DNA of 42,241 nucleotides from Candidatus Methanoxibalbensis ujae. Lineage in GTDB: Archaea; Halobacteriota; Syntropharchaeia; Alkanophagales; Methanospirareceae. The notes beneath the pieces were generated by a model. The model saw nothing but the letters and a program-made list of their open reading frames with translations. It was not told the DNA's origin and did not search any database. Each line of letters opens with the position of its first letter. The stretch's first letter is position 1. Below are positions 27,531-38,292 of this stretch, in pieces. Location: the NCBI GenBank assembly GCA_026134085.1, contig JAOQIN010000014.1:1-42241 (forward strand). The letters are read 5' to 3'. Both the position numbers and the translations under genes were made by a program.

Positions 27531-29147
27531 ATGTCTGAGGGGAAATGTGCGTTTTGCGCACTTCTTTTTGTCATAATGGTCATAATGTTATCATGCGCTG
27601 CGAGTGCGCAACACCCTCTGAAATCGGATTCCGATGGAGATGGCATCCCGGATGGATGGGAAGTGGAACATGGGCTTAATCCGAACAATGCATACGACGC
27701 ACCGCTTGACTACAACTACAACGGCCTGACGAATCTTGAGGAATACATGCGCGGTAATGATCCGCTTGACCCGGATACTGATGATGATTTCATATCAAAT
27801 TACGCGGAAACAACTGGAATGTTTGGATTTCACACAAACCCTCTTTCAGAAGACACAGACAATGATAAATTAAGTGATTTTGAGGAGATAATTGCATACA
27901 TAAACGAGAATAATGCTGCTGAGATGAGGGAGATAATGCCAGAAGAGGCTGACAGAGAACATGTTTACGATGAGATAAAGTCGCGGAAGCGTGGTGCGTA
28001 TGAATTGGATCCCACAAACCCGGACACTGATAATGATGGCATAAACGATGGTGATGAGATTTTGGCCGGCTCAAATCCGGTTGACAGGGACAGCGATGGC
28101 GATGGCATATGCGATGGCGAGGAGGTTCTCATATACAAAACAGATCCGACAAAGTCAGACACTGATGGAGACGGTCTCACGGACTCTCAGGAAATATATG
28201 GCACTTATGGTGTCTGGACGGATCCGCTTGAGGAGGACACAGATGATGACGGCATCCCTGACATGGACGAGGTGTTCGGATTTATGGATGCACCCATACC
28301 ACCGAGCAAATATGCGCTCACGATAGATGAGTTCCTCAAAAGCAACGCATACACAAACGAAACAGTCACATTGAAGGGCAGAATAGATAAAATATTGTAT
28401 GATGCACCGGGGGGAAGCAATTACTCAATTCTGCTAAAACCGATAGAAGAAGGTGTGCTGGGCGCAGTGAAAAATGTGATTGTGCGTGTTGAAAGCCGAT
28501 GGCATTATGATGCATATCACGATTTCATCCATGTTGATGATGATTTCAAGATATCGCTGCGTGAGGGCGATGTTATATTTGTTGTCGGTGTTGCAGGACC
28601 GTTGAGAGGTTCATATCGTGAGATATTTGTTGATAAAGAGAACAAGGGCGCCATATATCTCGTGCTCTCACATGAAGAAGCGGCGAAGCGCTGGCTGCCA
28701 TCAAGAGAACATCTCAAAGTGACGGATGCACTTTCATTCTCCGTAACACCAACACCTCATCCCACCGCATCTCCAGCAGGGCCTCATAACGCATCTTCAA
28801 CAGCATCTCCGGCTTCAACAGCATCTCCGGCTTCAACGGCATCTCCGGCTTCAACGGCATCCCAAACCCCCTCAAACAAAACAGCATCACCACATTCACC
28901 ACATTCACCACATGAGACCCCATCACCTGCGACTCATAACTTGCCACTGCCACTTGACCCCCTGACAATCGTGATTATCGTTGTGGCCATAGGTGGTGCT
29001 GCGTATGCTGCTCTGCTCATCCGCAGAAGAAAACTCAGACACGAGGACATCGCACCGGAGGCGGACATAGCATCCGGCAGCGGCGAAAGCGGCGAAACAT
29101 CAACATCAGTCAAAACATACGAAAACGGCAAGAAGGAATGGTTATAA
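27531..29147 (+). CDS. Membrane-anchored surface protein with Ca-binding DxDxDG (bacterial TSP3-like) repeats, a putative OB-like domain and an S/T/P linker
   Basis: Signal peptide; about 8 repeats such as DSDGDGIPDGWE and TDPTKSDTDGDGLTDSQE; (ASTASP)n linker; C-terminal TM followed by RRRK. Confidence 0.85.
   Translation: MSEGKCAFCALLFVIMVIMLSCAASAQHPLKSDSDGDGIPDGWEVEHGLNPNNAYDAPLDYNYNGLTNLEEYMRGNDPLDPDTDDDFISNYAETTGMFGFHTNPLSEDTDNDKLSDFEEIIAYINENNAAEMREIMPEEADREHVYDEIKSRKRGAYELDPTNPDTDNDGINDGDEILAGSNPVDRDSDGDGICDGEEVLIYKTDPTKSDTDGDGLTDSQEIYGTYGVWTDPLEEDTDDDGIPDMDEVFGFMDAPIPPSKYALTIDEFLKSNAYTNETVTLKGRIDKILYDAPGGSNYSILLKPIEEGVLGAVKNVIVRVESRWHYDAYHDFIHVDDDFKISLREGDVIFVVGVAGPLRGSYREIFVDKENKGAIYLVLSHEEAAKRWLPSREHLKVTDALSFSVTPTPHPTASPAGPHNASSTASPASTASPASTASPASTASQTPSNKTASPHSPHSPHETPSPATHNLPLPLDPLTIVIIVVAIGGAAYAALLIRRRKLRHEDIAPEADIASGSGESGETSTSVKTYENGKKEWL
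28790..28860 (+). repeat. In-frame 18-bp tandem repeat (about 4 copies; ASTASP)
   Basis: Repeated cttcaac(a/g)gcatctccgg units. Confidence 0.9.
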
Positions 29148-29387
29148 TTGATTGAAAAATTTTTTTTGAATTATTGATAATGTTTACTTTTATTATCAAA
29201 TATCCTCCTTTTTATTGAAAAAATGATAAATTTTGTTTTAGACAGAGAAAATGTTTCTTATTTTGGTTTTTTATCGGACAATGAAATGACTGATGCTGGT
29301 GGAAATAATGAGGTGAATGCGAGTATAACGAAGTCATCAGGCACTACCGTTGGCGCGGGGACATTGGAGCAAGCGGGCGAGGGGAAG

Positions 29388-31475
29388 ATGGAAGTGAAAA
29401 CAGCGCTTATAAAACGCATATTTGAGAGTTTGCCAACGCCAGTGCATTTGATATTCGTTGATCGCAGTTACAGAATACAGTATATAAGCGAGAAACTCGT
29501 CAAATACAGAGGATACAAGCGTGTTGATGATGTAATTGGAATGGAAATATCGGAATTTTTTGAAACAGGAGAACTGATAAAGACGGTGATAGACACAGGA
29601 AAACCGATAGAAAAAAAGGAGATGGTTTTGAGGGGATACAGGGATGGAGAGAGAGAGGAAGTTCCCGTATTGGCATCCTGCAATCCTGTTTATGATGACG
29701 GCGGAGTCATAATAGGAGCAGTTGCTGCGTTCACGGAGATGGAGGAGCTGAAGCGTGCGATTGAAGTTGCTGAGCGGAACATGAGATTTCTGGATGGAGT
29801 TCCCGCGCCTGTCATGGCTGTGGACAGGGAGTTCAATGTCATATGCATGAATGAGGCTGCAGCCAAGGTCGTGGGAGTGCCGAAATCGGAGTGCATAGGG
29901 CGCAAATGCTACACGCTTTTCAACACAACGCACTGCAACACGCCTGAATGTGGAGTTTCAAGGGCGGTGCAGTCAAACCGCACTTTGACCTTGGAGACCA
30001 TTGCCAGACTCCCCGGCGGTGAGATTCCCGTTCGCTACACTGCTGCACCTCTTAAAGACGCTGAGGGGAGAATCATAGGCGGTATTGAGTATGTTGTTGA
30101 CATCACAGAGGAGACCAGAATGATTGAGGAGATCAAGAGGCTTATAGAAAACGCAAAGGAAGGCATTCTTGATGCTCGCTACGATGTCTCAGAGTTCGAC
30201 GGAGGATATAAAAAGATTGCTGAAGGCATGAACGCTGTGCTTGATACGATTGTCGCTCCTCTCAGGGAGACAATAAGGATAATGGATGCTTATCGGAACG
30301 GAAGATTGGGCGAGAGGGCTCAGATTGATGTGAAAGGCGAGTTTAAAGAGCTTGCAGATGCGCTGAACAGCTATGGAGAGATGCTTCAGTGTATAATAAA
30401 CGATATCACGCATGTGACATCATGCATGAGTCTGGGGGACCTTTCAGCCCGCATTTCTGCTGAGACTCCTGGAGATTTTGCGGCGATAAAGGAGAACATA
30501 AATTCAGCACTTGACAATCTCTGCGACCTTATTGTTGAGATGAGAAACGCAATGGATAATGTCGCGAGTGTGAGCAGGGATGCGAGATCAGCAATTGAGC
30601 AGACCAATTCAGGAATGCAGCAGATAGCTTCAGCATCACAGCAGGTGGCGAAAGGATCGCAGGAGATAGCAATGACTGTCGGCGAATCTGCCAAGGAGAT
30701 AAAAGAGGCCAATGAGAAAATTAATGAAATGCGCAGAAATGCGGAAGATTCAAGCAACTTCGCCGATAAATGCGCTGAAAATGCCATAAAAATGCGAGAT
30801 CTCGCAGTTAAATCTTCTGAAAGTATGGATGAAATTGGCACATCTGTTGAAAATACAATCGAGAGAATAAACAACCTTAGAAAGACGATAGAGGAGATAG
30901 GGAAGGCCACGGAGATGATAGAGAGCATTGCGGATCAGACCAATCTGCTTGCGCTTAACGCCGCGATAGAAGCTGCCCGCGCTGGAGAGCACGGTCGTGG
31001 TTTTGCGGTAGTTGCGGAAGAGGTGAGAAAGCTTGCTGAGAACTCAAAGCGGTCAACTGCTGAGATAGATGCGATGATAAAAACGCTGAAGGAGGAGATG
31101 AACAGTGTCGTTGAATCATCAAAGAATATGAGAGAGCGTGCGAACGCTGGCAAGGAAGACCTGAAGATCGCTGTCAGGAGTGTTGAAGACACTGAGAATA
31201 TGATTGAGGAGATTCGTGAGAGATTGAGAGTGATTGCTGAGGATGCCACAAGGGGGGCGGAGATCATGGAGCGCATTTCAAAAGGTGTTGACGAGATAGC
31301 AAGTGCGGCTGAGGAGAGCGCATCTTCGGCTGAAGAGACTTCATCCGCAATTGAACAGCAGACCGCTGCAATTCAGGAGCTCAACGCAGGCATTCAGAAA
31401 CTCGCAGACCTCACAAGCAAAACAGTTGAGATGATAAACAGATACAAGGTGCGAGCAGATGCGACCGTAAAATAG
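29388..31475 (+). CDS. Soluble methyl-accepting chemotaxis protein (2 PAS, HAMP, MA domain)
   Basis: [38 protein letters not shown]; two PAS/PAC modules; no TM helix. Start is uncertain (ORF track gives 29223). Confidence 0.95.
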   Translation: MEVKTALIKRIFESLPTPVHLIFVDRSYRIQYISEKLVKYRGYKRVDDVIGMEISEFFETGELIKTVIDTGKPIEKKEMVLRGYRDGEREEVPVLASCNPVYDDGGVIIGAVAAFTEMEELKRAIEVAERNMRFLDGVPAPVMAVDREFNVICMNEAAAKVVGVPKSECIGRKCYTLFNTTHCNTPECGVSRAVQSNRTLTLETIARLPGGEIPVRYTAAPLKDAEGRIIGGIEYVVDITEETRMIEEIKRLIENAKEGILDARYDVSEFDGGYKKIAEGMNAVLDTIVAPLRETIRIMDAYRNGRLGERAQIDVKGEFKELADALNSYGEMLQCIINDITHVTSCMSLGDLSARISAETPGDFAAIKENINSALDNLCDLIVEMRNAMDNVASVSRDARSAIEQTNSGMQQIASASQQVAKGSQEIAMTVGESAKEIKEANEKINEMRRNAEDSSNFADKCAENAIKMRDLAVKSSESMDEIGTSVENTIERINNLRKTIEEIGKATEMIESIADQTNLLALNAAIEAARAGEHGRGFAVVAEEVRKLAENSKRSTAEIDAMIKTLKEEMNSVVESSKNMRERANAGKEDLKIAVRSVEDTENMIEEIRERLRVIAEDATRGAEIMERISKGVDEIASAAEESASSAEETSSAIEQQTAAIQELNAGIQKLADLTSKTVEMINRYKVRADATVK

Positions 31476-31512
31476 GCGCCTGTGATGTGTTCCGCACGGC
31501 AGAGGTGATTGA

Positions 31513-32034
31513 GTGATGTCGGCATCCTCATCCTCATTATCAGTTTCAGAGGACAGTGTGCAGCGAGAAAGGAATTGCGAGCATCAACTCGTCGTTTTCA
31601 AGCTCGGAGATGAGGAGTTCGGCGTTGATATAATGCAGGTGCGCGAGATAATAAAGAAGGAAAACATAACAGTCGTGCCAAATGCGCCTGATTTCGTGAG
31701 AGGTGTCATAAATCTCAGAGGTCAGATAACAACAATCATTGATTTGAAGAGGAAACTTGGCATATCAAGCCAAGAAAGCACTGACAGCAGGCAGGAGAGG
31801 ATAATTGTTGTTGAGACGGGAAACAATGTCGTTGGAATGGCTGTTGATGCTGTCACCGAAGTCACTTATCTATCAGATAAGGACATCGAGGAAGTCCCTC
31901 CAATCATAAAAGAAAACATGCAGACAAAATATCTCAGAGGTGTCGGAAAACTGCCCGATCGCCTGCTCATTTTGATCGACCTTAAAGAAGTGCTCAACGA
32001 TAACGAGAGGGAGATGAGGGAGATAATTCAATAA
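31513..32034 (+). CDS. cheW: Chemotaxis adaptor CheW
   Basis: LVVFKLGDEEFGVDIMQVREI, VPNAPDFVRGVINLRG, VGMAVDAV. Confidence 0.96.
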   Translation: MMSASSSSLSVSEDSVQRERNCEHQLVVFKLGDEEFGVDIMQVREIIKKENITVVPNAPDFVRGVINLRGQITTIIDLKRKLGISSQESTDSRQERIIVVETGNNVVGMAVDAVTEVTYLSDKDIEEVPPIIKENMQTKYLRGVGKLPDRLLILIDLKEVLNDNEREMREIIQ

Positions 32035-32140
32035 CCACTCATCCTGTCATCCCATCGCTGTCGCTTACCATCGCCTATCATCGCCCATCATCGCTTTTGC
32101 TTCTCACTCGTTTCTCATTGTGCGGGGAGGATGATGGACT

Positions 32141-33121
32141 ATGAAATTTCGCATCGGCGATGGAGAATGGACAGATGGAAAGCTGACGCTTGAGGGAGAT
32201 GCCCTGCTTTTCTATGAATTGAGGCAAAAGCAGCGGGGTTTATTGAGCAAATTGAGGAAAGTTGAGAACAAACCGACTTTGATCATCCATTTAAACAGCG
32301 TAAGAGATGTGCGGAGGTATGACAGAGATATTCTTGTGATAGATTACAGATCGGAACCACAATCATCAGAACAATCATCTCCTCTGTCGCCTGTTTCCTC
32401 TGAGGAGGTGCTGGCTGAGGGTGCGCAGGAAAGTGAGGAAGAAGTGGAAGAGGAGGATGTTGAGCTTGCGTCTGTTCATGTCATGATGTCGCCTGATGCG
32501 CTTGACGACCTTGAGCGAGAGCTTATCATTCAGATGAATGTGCTTGAGTTCAGCGTCTATTTCACGCATGCAGGTAGTGGAGGAGTTTTATCGCTTGAAA
32601 AGCACATAAAACTGCAGAAGGGAATAGTGAAGATATCAAACAGGGCTATGTGGATAATAGGCAGAGAGGATCATAAGCGAATTGCATGGGATTCCATTGT
32701 GAATGTTGATGAAAAGAAACGTTCAAGATACAAAGGAGTTGTTTATGCTGCGATATCAGTTGATTATTTTGATGAGAGTGAGGAGGTCATTGTATCTTCA
32801 ATCATCATATCCATAGGAGACACAATAACGACATTGAGAAAATACATTGAGAGATTGCTCAGCAGGTACAGGGTGCATGATGAACTCTCTGATACTGAGA
32901 ACCAGATTCTCGCCATGATATATTCAGGTGCTTTTGACTTCTCAGACATCTCCTCAATGGCCTCAGTATTCGGGGTAGAAGAGGATGAAATGACACGATA
33001 TCTTGAGCATCTCACAGAAATCGGAATACTTGAAAACACAAATAATGGAAAAAAACTCACGAAAAAGGGCATAAAATATGTCATGCAGCTTTCAAAAACG
33101 GGCATACTTGGTGGAAAATAA
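32141..33121 (+). CDS. cheF: Archaeal chemotaxis-archaellum adaptor CheF
   Basis: Position between cheW and cheY; two PH-like halves (W.DGKL; HAGSGGV..KG) and a C-terminal wHTH with EnQILAMIYSG...LTKKG. Confidence 0.78.
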   Translation: MKFRIGDGEWTDGKLTLEGDALLFYELRQKQRGLLSKLRKVENKPTLIIHLNSVRDVRRYDRDILVIDYRSEPQSSEQSSPLSPVSSEEVLAEGAQESEEEVEEEDVELASVHVMMSPDALDDLERELIIQMNVLEFSVYFTHAGSGGVLSLEKHIKLQKGIVKISNRAMWIIGREDHKRIAWDSIVNVDEKKRSRYKGVVYAAISVDYFDESEEVIVSSIIISIGDTITTLRKYIERLLSRYRVHDELSDTENQILAMIYSGAFDFSDISSMASVFGVEEDEMTRYLEHLTEIGILENTNNGKKLTKKGIKYVMQLSKTGILGGK

Positions 33122-33136
33122 TTAATTATTGATGCG

Positions 33137-33222
33137 TGATGGGCGACGGGATGGGCGATGAGAATGGGCGATGAGAATGGGCGATGAGGATGGACGGTGA
33201 GGATAGACGGTGAGAATGGGAT
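33137..33222 (+). repeat. Imperfect purine-rich tandem repeat (gatgggcga / tgagaatgggcga) upstream of cheY
   Basis: Directly visible repeated units. Confidence 0.8.
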
Positions 33223-33235
33223 AGGAGGTGATATT

Positions 33236-33601
33236 ATGGCGAGGATATTGGTTGTTGATGATGCGGCGTTCATGCGTGTGTTGTTGAAAAACATATTGAA
33301 ATCGGGAGGGCATGAGGTTGTTGGAGAGGCGGAAAATGGTATTGAGGCGCTGGAGAAATATGAGGAGTTGAAGCCGGATCTCGTGACGATGGACATTGTG
33401 ATGCCACATCTTGACGGCATAGAGACAACGAGATCAATCATAAAAATTGACCCGAAGGCGAGGATTGTGATGTGCACTGCAGTGGGTCAGCAGGCAAAGG
33501 TGCTTGAGGCGATAAAAGCAGGTGCCCGTGGATACATCGTGAAACCGTTTCAGGCTGATAAAGTGTTGGAGGAAATAGAAAAAGTGCTTTCATCGGCATG
33601 A
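33236..33601 (+). CDS. cheY: Response regulator CheY
   Basis: ILVVDDAAFMR, PDLVTMDIVMP, MCTAVGQ, YIVKPF; GGAGGTGA SD. Confidence 0.96.
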   Translation: MARILVVDDAAFMRVLLKNILKSGGHEVVGEAENGIEALEKYEELKPDLVTMDIVMPHLDGIETTRSIIKIDPKARIVMCTAVGQQAKVLEAIKAGARGYIVKPFQADKVLEEIEKVLSSA

Positions 33602-33706
33602 CGCATGGCTGCGGTGACGGTGTGCGTTGTGAGAGTTGATGATTGGATGACCGGATGCGAGATGTTGAGATGTCATCATGCTGTGATGTGCGTGGCGTGA
33701 TGTGTG

Positions 33707-34819
33707 ATGAAAAATGAAGAGGAGAGTGCTGAGAAAATAAGAGTGCTTGTGGTTGACGATTCAGCGTTTATGCGTGTGCTTATTTCTGACATGCTGAGCA
33801 GTGATGATGAAATAGAGGTTGTGGGAGTTGCGAGGAACGGAGAGGAAGCAGTGAAGAAAGCGCTTTCGCTGCATCCCGATGTCATTACGATGGATGTTGA
33901 TATGCCAAAGATGGACGGCATCACCGCTGTTGAGCGCATAATGGAGAAGGAGCCAGTTCCTGTTGTGATGTTGAGCGGATACACGAAGAGAAATGCGAAG
34001 ATTACAATAAAAGCGCTTGAGCGTGGTGCATTTGATTTTGTCGCGAAACCCTCTGGAGAGCTCTCACTTGACATTGATAAAGTGCGTTCTGAGATAATCA
34101 CGAAAATTAAGAATGCGTTTCTCGTGAGGGACAACATCTCTCTGTTTGTAGAGAGGAGGCGCAGGAGGTTACGACATGCAGGCGCTGATATATCGGTGTC
34201 AACTGGCATGTCAGAACGCCCGGCTGTTCGGACAGAGAATAAGATAAGCGAAAAAGTGGTTGTGATAGGAGCATCAACGGGGGGTCCAAGCGCGATTTCG
34301 GAGGTCATATCTCATATTCCCGCTGATATTCATGCTGGTATTCTGATAGTTCAGCACATGCCTGCGGGTTTCACGAAAAGTTTTGCTGAGAGATTGAACG
34401 AAATTGCCGAGATAAATGTGAAGGAAGGGACATATGATGATGTCATAAGGGATGGCTGTGCGATCGTGGCGCCTGGTGGATATCATATGGTTGTGAAGGA
34501 TCGTGGAAAGGTGGGATTGAGCAAGAGGCCGCCCGTCAACGCTGTCAGACCATCTGTGGATGTGACGATGATATCTGCGTCAGCGGTTTACGGTGCAAAA
34601 ACGATAGGTGTCGTCCTGACCGGCATGGGTCGTGACGGAGCAGATGGTGTGAGAAAGGTGAAGGAGCGCGGCGGAATGACGATAGCGTGCGATGAGAGCA
34701 CATCACTGATATTTGGCATGCCTAAGGCAGCAATTGAGACGGGTTGTGTGGATGAGATACTGCCGTTGCATGCCATCGGACGGGCAATTGTCCGCGCGGT
34801 TGAGCGTGTAGGCAGCTGA
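33707..34819 (+). CDS. cheB: Chemotaxis methylesterase CheB
   Basis: Receiver domain plus GASTGGP, VQHMP, RPSVD, LTGMGRDG. Confidence 0.97.
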   Translation: MKNEEESAEKIRVLVVDDSAFMRVLISDMLSSDDEIEVVGVARNGEEAVKKALSLHPDVITMDVDMPKMDGITAVERIMEKEPVPVVMLSGYTKRNAKITIKALERGAFDFVAKPSGELSLDIDKVRSEIITKIKNAFLVRDNISLFVERRRRRLRHAGADISVSTGMSERPAVRTENKISEKVVVIGASTGGPSAISEVISHIPADIHAGILIVQHMPAGFTKSFAERLNEIAEINVKEGTYDDVIRDGCAIVAPGGYHMVVKDRGKVGLSKRPPVNAVRPSVDVTMISASAVYGAKTIGVVLTGMGRDGADGVRKVKERGGMTIACDESTSLIFGMPKAAIETGCVDEILPLHAIGRAIVRAVERVGS

Positions 34820-34900
34820 GATGCGAGCGGCTGAGATGCGAGTGATGTGATGTGTGATGTTCCGAGCGTCATGAGAATGGGAGAGAGGTGAATCAATCAG

Positions 34901-37123
34901 ATGAGCCCCGGGCATATTGATTATCTTGAGGCATTTCTTGAGGAGACGAGGGAGCACATAGAAACGCTCACGCAATCACTGCTTGAGCTTGATAATGCGG
35001 TTGAGCGAGGCGGAGATATTGATATCGCGCTGAACAGCGCGTTCAGGAGCGCTCACACTATAAAAGGGATGGCGGCATCAATGGGATTTCACCGCATGGA
35101 GCGCATATGTCACGCGCTTGAGGAGATTCTTGATGCGGTGAGAGAGCGAGAAATTGACCTGACAACTGATGTGACAGATGTGCTTCTTGAATGCTCATCT
35201 TTCATTGAAACGCTGATATCGGAAATAGAGCGTGATGGCAGCGATGAATCAGCGGACATATCCTCAGCTCTTAACGAGCTGAATGCCATAAAAGAATCAC
35301 TGCGGAAGGGCGAAGCCGGAGGTGTGGGAGAGAGAGAGAGAGAGAAAGTCTCCGCAGATGCCTTCACAGATACCTCCTCAGGTGCCTTCACAAATGCCTC
35401 CACAGAGACCTCCACAGATACCTCCTCAGGTGCCTCCGCAGGTGCCGAGAGTGCTGTGAGTGATGAGGAAGATATCAAAGATGAGTCTGTAAAGGAGAGA
35501 GAAAAAAAGGAAGACAAGAAAAAAGATGAGAAAGGTGAGGAAGAGAAGGGAGAAGTGGAGGGTAAAATTTACAATATAACTGTATTCTTGTCCGAAGATT
35601 GTGCGTATAAGGGTGTGAGAGGCTACTTAGTGCTTAAAAATCTTTCAGAAATAGGCAAGATCATTGAGACGGAGCCCTCTATAGATGATATAGAGAATGA
35701 AAGATTTGATAATTCTTTCACTGTCACTCTTTCCACATCCCTCGGCGAGCATGAGATTCGGAGGTCTGTGCATGCGGTTTCGGATGTTGAGGATGTGCGC
35801 ATCAACAGTGATGTGCGTGGGAGGAGTTCTGATGCTGCGGAAAAGAAGCGGGCGGCGGTTGTGGGAGCGGGAGCGGGGGTGGGAGGCGATATTGCGAGGA
35901 GTGTTAGAATTAGCACGGAAAAGCTTGACATCATAATGAATCTTGTAGGCGAGCTTGTCATAGGAAGGAGCAGGTTGATGGAGATATGGAAGAATCGCAA
36001 TATGGATGAGCTTCCGTCCGCGCTCGCATACATAGAGAGGACGATAAGCGACCTTCAATATGAGGTTACGCAGATACGTATGATTCCGGTCGCGCACATA
36101 TTCAATCGTTTCCCGAAGCTGGTGCGGGATATATGCAGGTCGCAGCGGAAGAAAGCGGATCTGATAGTGGAGGGGAGCGACATCGAGATTGACAGAACAA
36201 TACTGGAGGGCATAGTTGACCCCCTCGTCCATCTGCTGCGAAATGCGGTGGATCACGGCATAGAAACGCCCGAAGAGCGATTGAGTGCTGGAAAGCCTGA
36301 GAGAGGTCGCATAAGGCTCGCAGCGCACAGAGAGCATGGATTCGTGTTTATAACTGTTGAAGATGACGGAAGAGGCATAGATGTGGAGAAGTTGAAGCGA
36401 AAAGCAGTTGAAAAAGGCCTGATTCCTGAAAACGCAAAAATGCGTGATGAAGACGCACTCAAACTCATATTCATGCCGGGATTCAGCACATCAGACAGGG
36501 TCACCGAGATTTCCGGCAGGGGTGTCGGGATGGATGTCGTGAAAACGCGTGTTGAATCGCTCGGTGGTTCAGTTGAAGTGTATTCGGAAAAGGGCAAAGG
36601 CACCAGTGTTGTTCTAAAACTGCCTCTCACATCTGCCATAATCCAGGCGCTCCTCATCAGAGTGGCTTCTCATACATATGCCATACCCCTCTCAAACATA
36701 GGCGAGATAGTGAGCATTGACGCGGCAGATATCAAAAAAATGGGCGATGAGCATGTGTATGTGTTCAAACTGCGCGGCAGCATACTGCCCGTCATATTTC
36801 TGCATGATGTCATTCGCACAACACATCATACATCATATGCATCATCTGCATCATCATCACAGGCAGCACAGACATCATCATGTGCGGATGTGAGCGGAGA
36901 GAGCGTGCGGCAGCGACATCATGGTGAGCGTTTGGTTGTTGTTGTGATAGAGAGAGGGGGCTCAGAGCGTGTTGGGATAATTGTTGACGAAGTCATTGAG
37001 CAGCAGGAAATCGTTGTTAAGGCACAGGGCGAGCTGTTGAGGGATGTCAGAGGACTGAGCGGTTTCACGATTCTGGGAAACGGAGAGGTTGTCCCCATTC
37101 TTGATGTGTGTTCGCTGTTTTAA
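34901..37123 (+). CDS. cheA: Chemotaxis histidine kinase CheA
   Basis: FRSAHTIKG (HPt), P2 domain, LVHLLRNAVDHG, DDGRGID, GFST..SGRGVGMDVV, CheW-like tail. Confidence 0.97.
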   Translation: MSPGHIDYLEAFLEETREHIETLTQSLLELDNAVERGGDIDIALNSAFRSAHTIKGMAASMGFHRMERICHALEEILDAVREREIDLTTDVTDVLLECSSFIETLISEIERDGSDESADISSALNELNAIKESLRKGEAGGVGEREREKVSADAFTDTSSGAFTNASTETSTDTSSGASAGAESAVSDEEDIKDESVKEREKKEDKKKDEKGEEEKGEVEGKIYNITVFLSEDCAYKGVRGYLVLKNLSEIGKIIETEPSIDDIENERFDNSFTVTLSTSLGEHEIRRSVHAVSDVEDVRINSDVRGRSSDAAEKKRAAVVGAGAGVGGDIARSVRISTEKLDIIMNLVGELVIGRSRLMEIWKNRNMDELPSALAYIERTISDLQYEVTQIRMIPVAHIFNRFPKLVRDICRSQRKKADLIVEGSDIEIDRTILEGIVDPLVHLLRNAVDHGIETPEERLSAGKPERGRIRLAAHREHGFVFITVEDDGRGIDVEKLKRKAVEKGLIPENAKMRDEDALKLIFMPGFSTSDRVTEISGRGVGMDVVKTRVESLGGSVEVYSEKGKGTSVVLKLPLTSAIIQALLIRVASHTYAIPLSNIGEIVSIDAADIKKMGDEHVYVFKLRGSILPVIFLHDVIRTTHHTSYASSASSSQAAQTSSCADVSGESVRQRHHGERLVVVVIERGGSERVGIIVDEVIEQQEIVVKAQGELLRDVRGLSGFTILGNGEVVPILDVCSLF

Positions 37124-37172
37124 GCTGTGAGAGAGTGTGGGTGGGAACGGATATGGATATGAGGAGGAGAAT

Positions 37173-37823
37173 ATGAGGGAAGAACTGAAACTGAGTGAAT
37201 TTCAGAAGGATGCACTTCAGGAACTGGGCAACATAGGCGCATGTCATGCGACGACATCGCTCGCGGAGATGACTGGCATCACGATCTACACACATGTGCC
37301 GAAGGTTGAAATCATTCCAGTGAGGGACATAATGTGTCGTGTGGATGCATATTTGATAGTTGCAGGTGTTTTGCTTGAGTTGCGAGGAGATATTTCCGCA
37401 TATCTGTATGTGATTTTCACCGAGCGAAGTGCGCAGTTCATTATAGAACTGCTGCTCGGGCGCACATTCGGCGATACTGATGATATAGAGGGAGATATGG
37501 GGTCTTCAGCACTTAAGGAGGTGGGGAACATACTCGCATCTTCCTTCTGCGATGCGATATCTGAGTTTCTCGGAATATCTGTCATTCCGTCACCCCCCGT
37601 GTTCGCATGCGACATGACAGGTGCGATCTTACAGCGTGCACTCATAGATATCGCAGGGTCAGCCGACCATGTGCTCATGTTCAGATGCGATTTTAAGTGC
37701 GAGGAGGAGAAGAGCAATGATAACAATGATAAAATTTATGGATATATACTGCTGTTTCCGAGAGAAGAGAGCCTGAAAACGCTGCTCTCCATGCTTGATG
37801 AAAAAGTGAAGGAATATGATTGA
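37173..37823 (+). CDS. cheC: CheY-P phosphatase CheC
   Basis: DALQELGNIG and SALKEVGNIL (two ExxN motifs), SPP..DM.GA. Confidence 0.95.
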   Translation: MREELKLSEFQKDALQELGNIGACHATTSLAEMTGITIYTHVPKVEIIPVRDIMCRVDAYLIVAGVLLELRGDISAYLYVIFTERSAQFIIELLLGRTFGDTDDIEGDMGSSALKEVGNILASSFCDAISEFLGISVIPSPPVFACDMTGAILQRALIDIAGSADHVLMFRCDFKCEEEKSNDNNDKIYGYILLFPREESLKTLLSMLDEKVKEYD

Positions 37824-38292
37824 ATATGTTGGTATAGGCGATGTAAAAATCGCTCATAATCCTGAAAAACTCGCAATAATAGGTCTTGGATCATGTGTAT
37901 GTGTTGCGATGTATGATGAATCTGCAGGTATGGGTGGAGTTTCTCATGTGATGCTTCCCGAACCTCATGGAGAGAGTGTCATTGAGCACGCTGAGCGTGC
38001 CTGCAAATATGCAACTGTTGCCGTGCCTGTGTTGATGAAAAAAATGATTGTTAAAGGTGCGAAAAAAGAACATTTAAAAGCAAAGATCGCCGGTGGAGCA
38101 TCAATATTTCGAGAACTTGACAGTCTTGAAATAGGCGATAGAAATGTGGCAAAAGTAAAAGAAATGTTGAGAAAGCTTGATATAAGTATTGTTGCAGAGG
38201 ACACAGGAGGAAATCTCGGTAGAACTGTTATATTTGATACAAAATCCTTTAAATTACATATAAAAACGAAAAGTTACACGAAGGTTATCTGA
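37816..38292 (+). CDS. cheD: Chemoreceptor glutamine deamidase CheD
   Basis: GLGSCV, HVMLP, KYA, AKIAGGA, IGDRN, EDTGG..GRT. Confidence 0.96.
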   Translation: MIEYVGIGDVKIAHNPEKLAIIGLGSCVCVAMYDESAGMGGVSHVMLPEPHGESVIEHAERACKYATVAVPVLMKKMIVKGAKKEHLKAKIAGGASIFRELDSLEIGDRNVAKVKEMLRKLDISIVAEDTGGNLGRTVIFDTKSFKLHIKTKSYTKVI

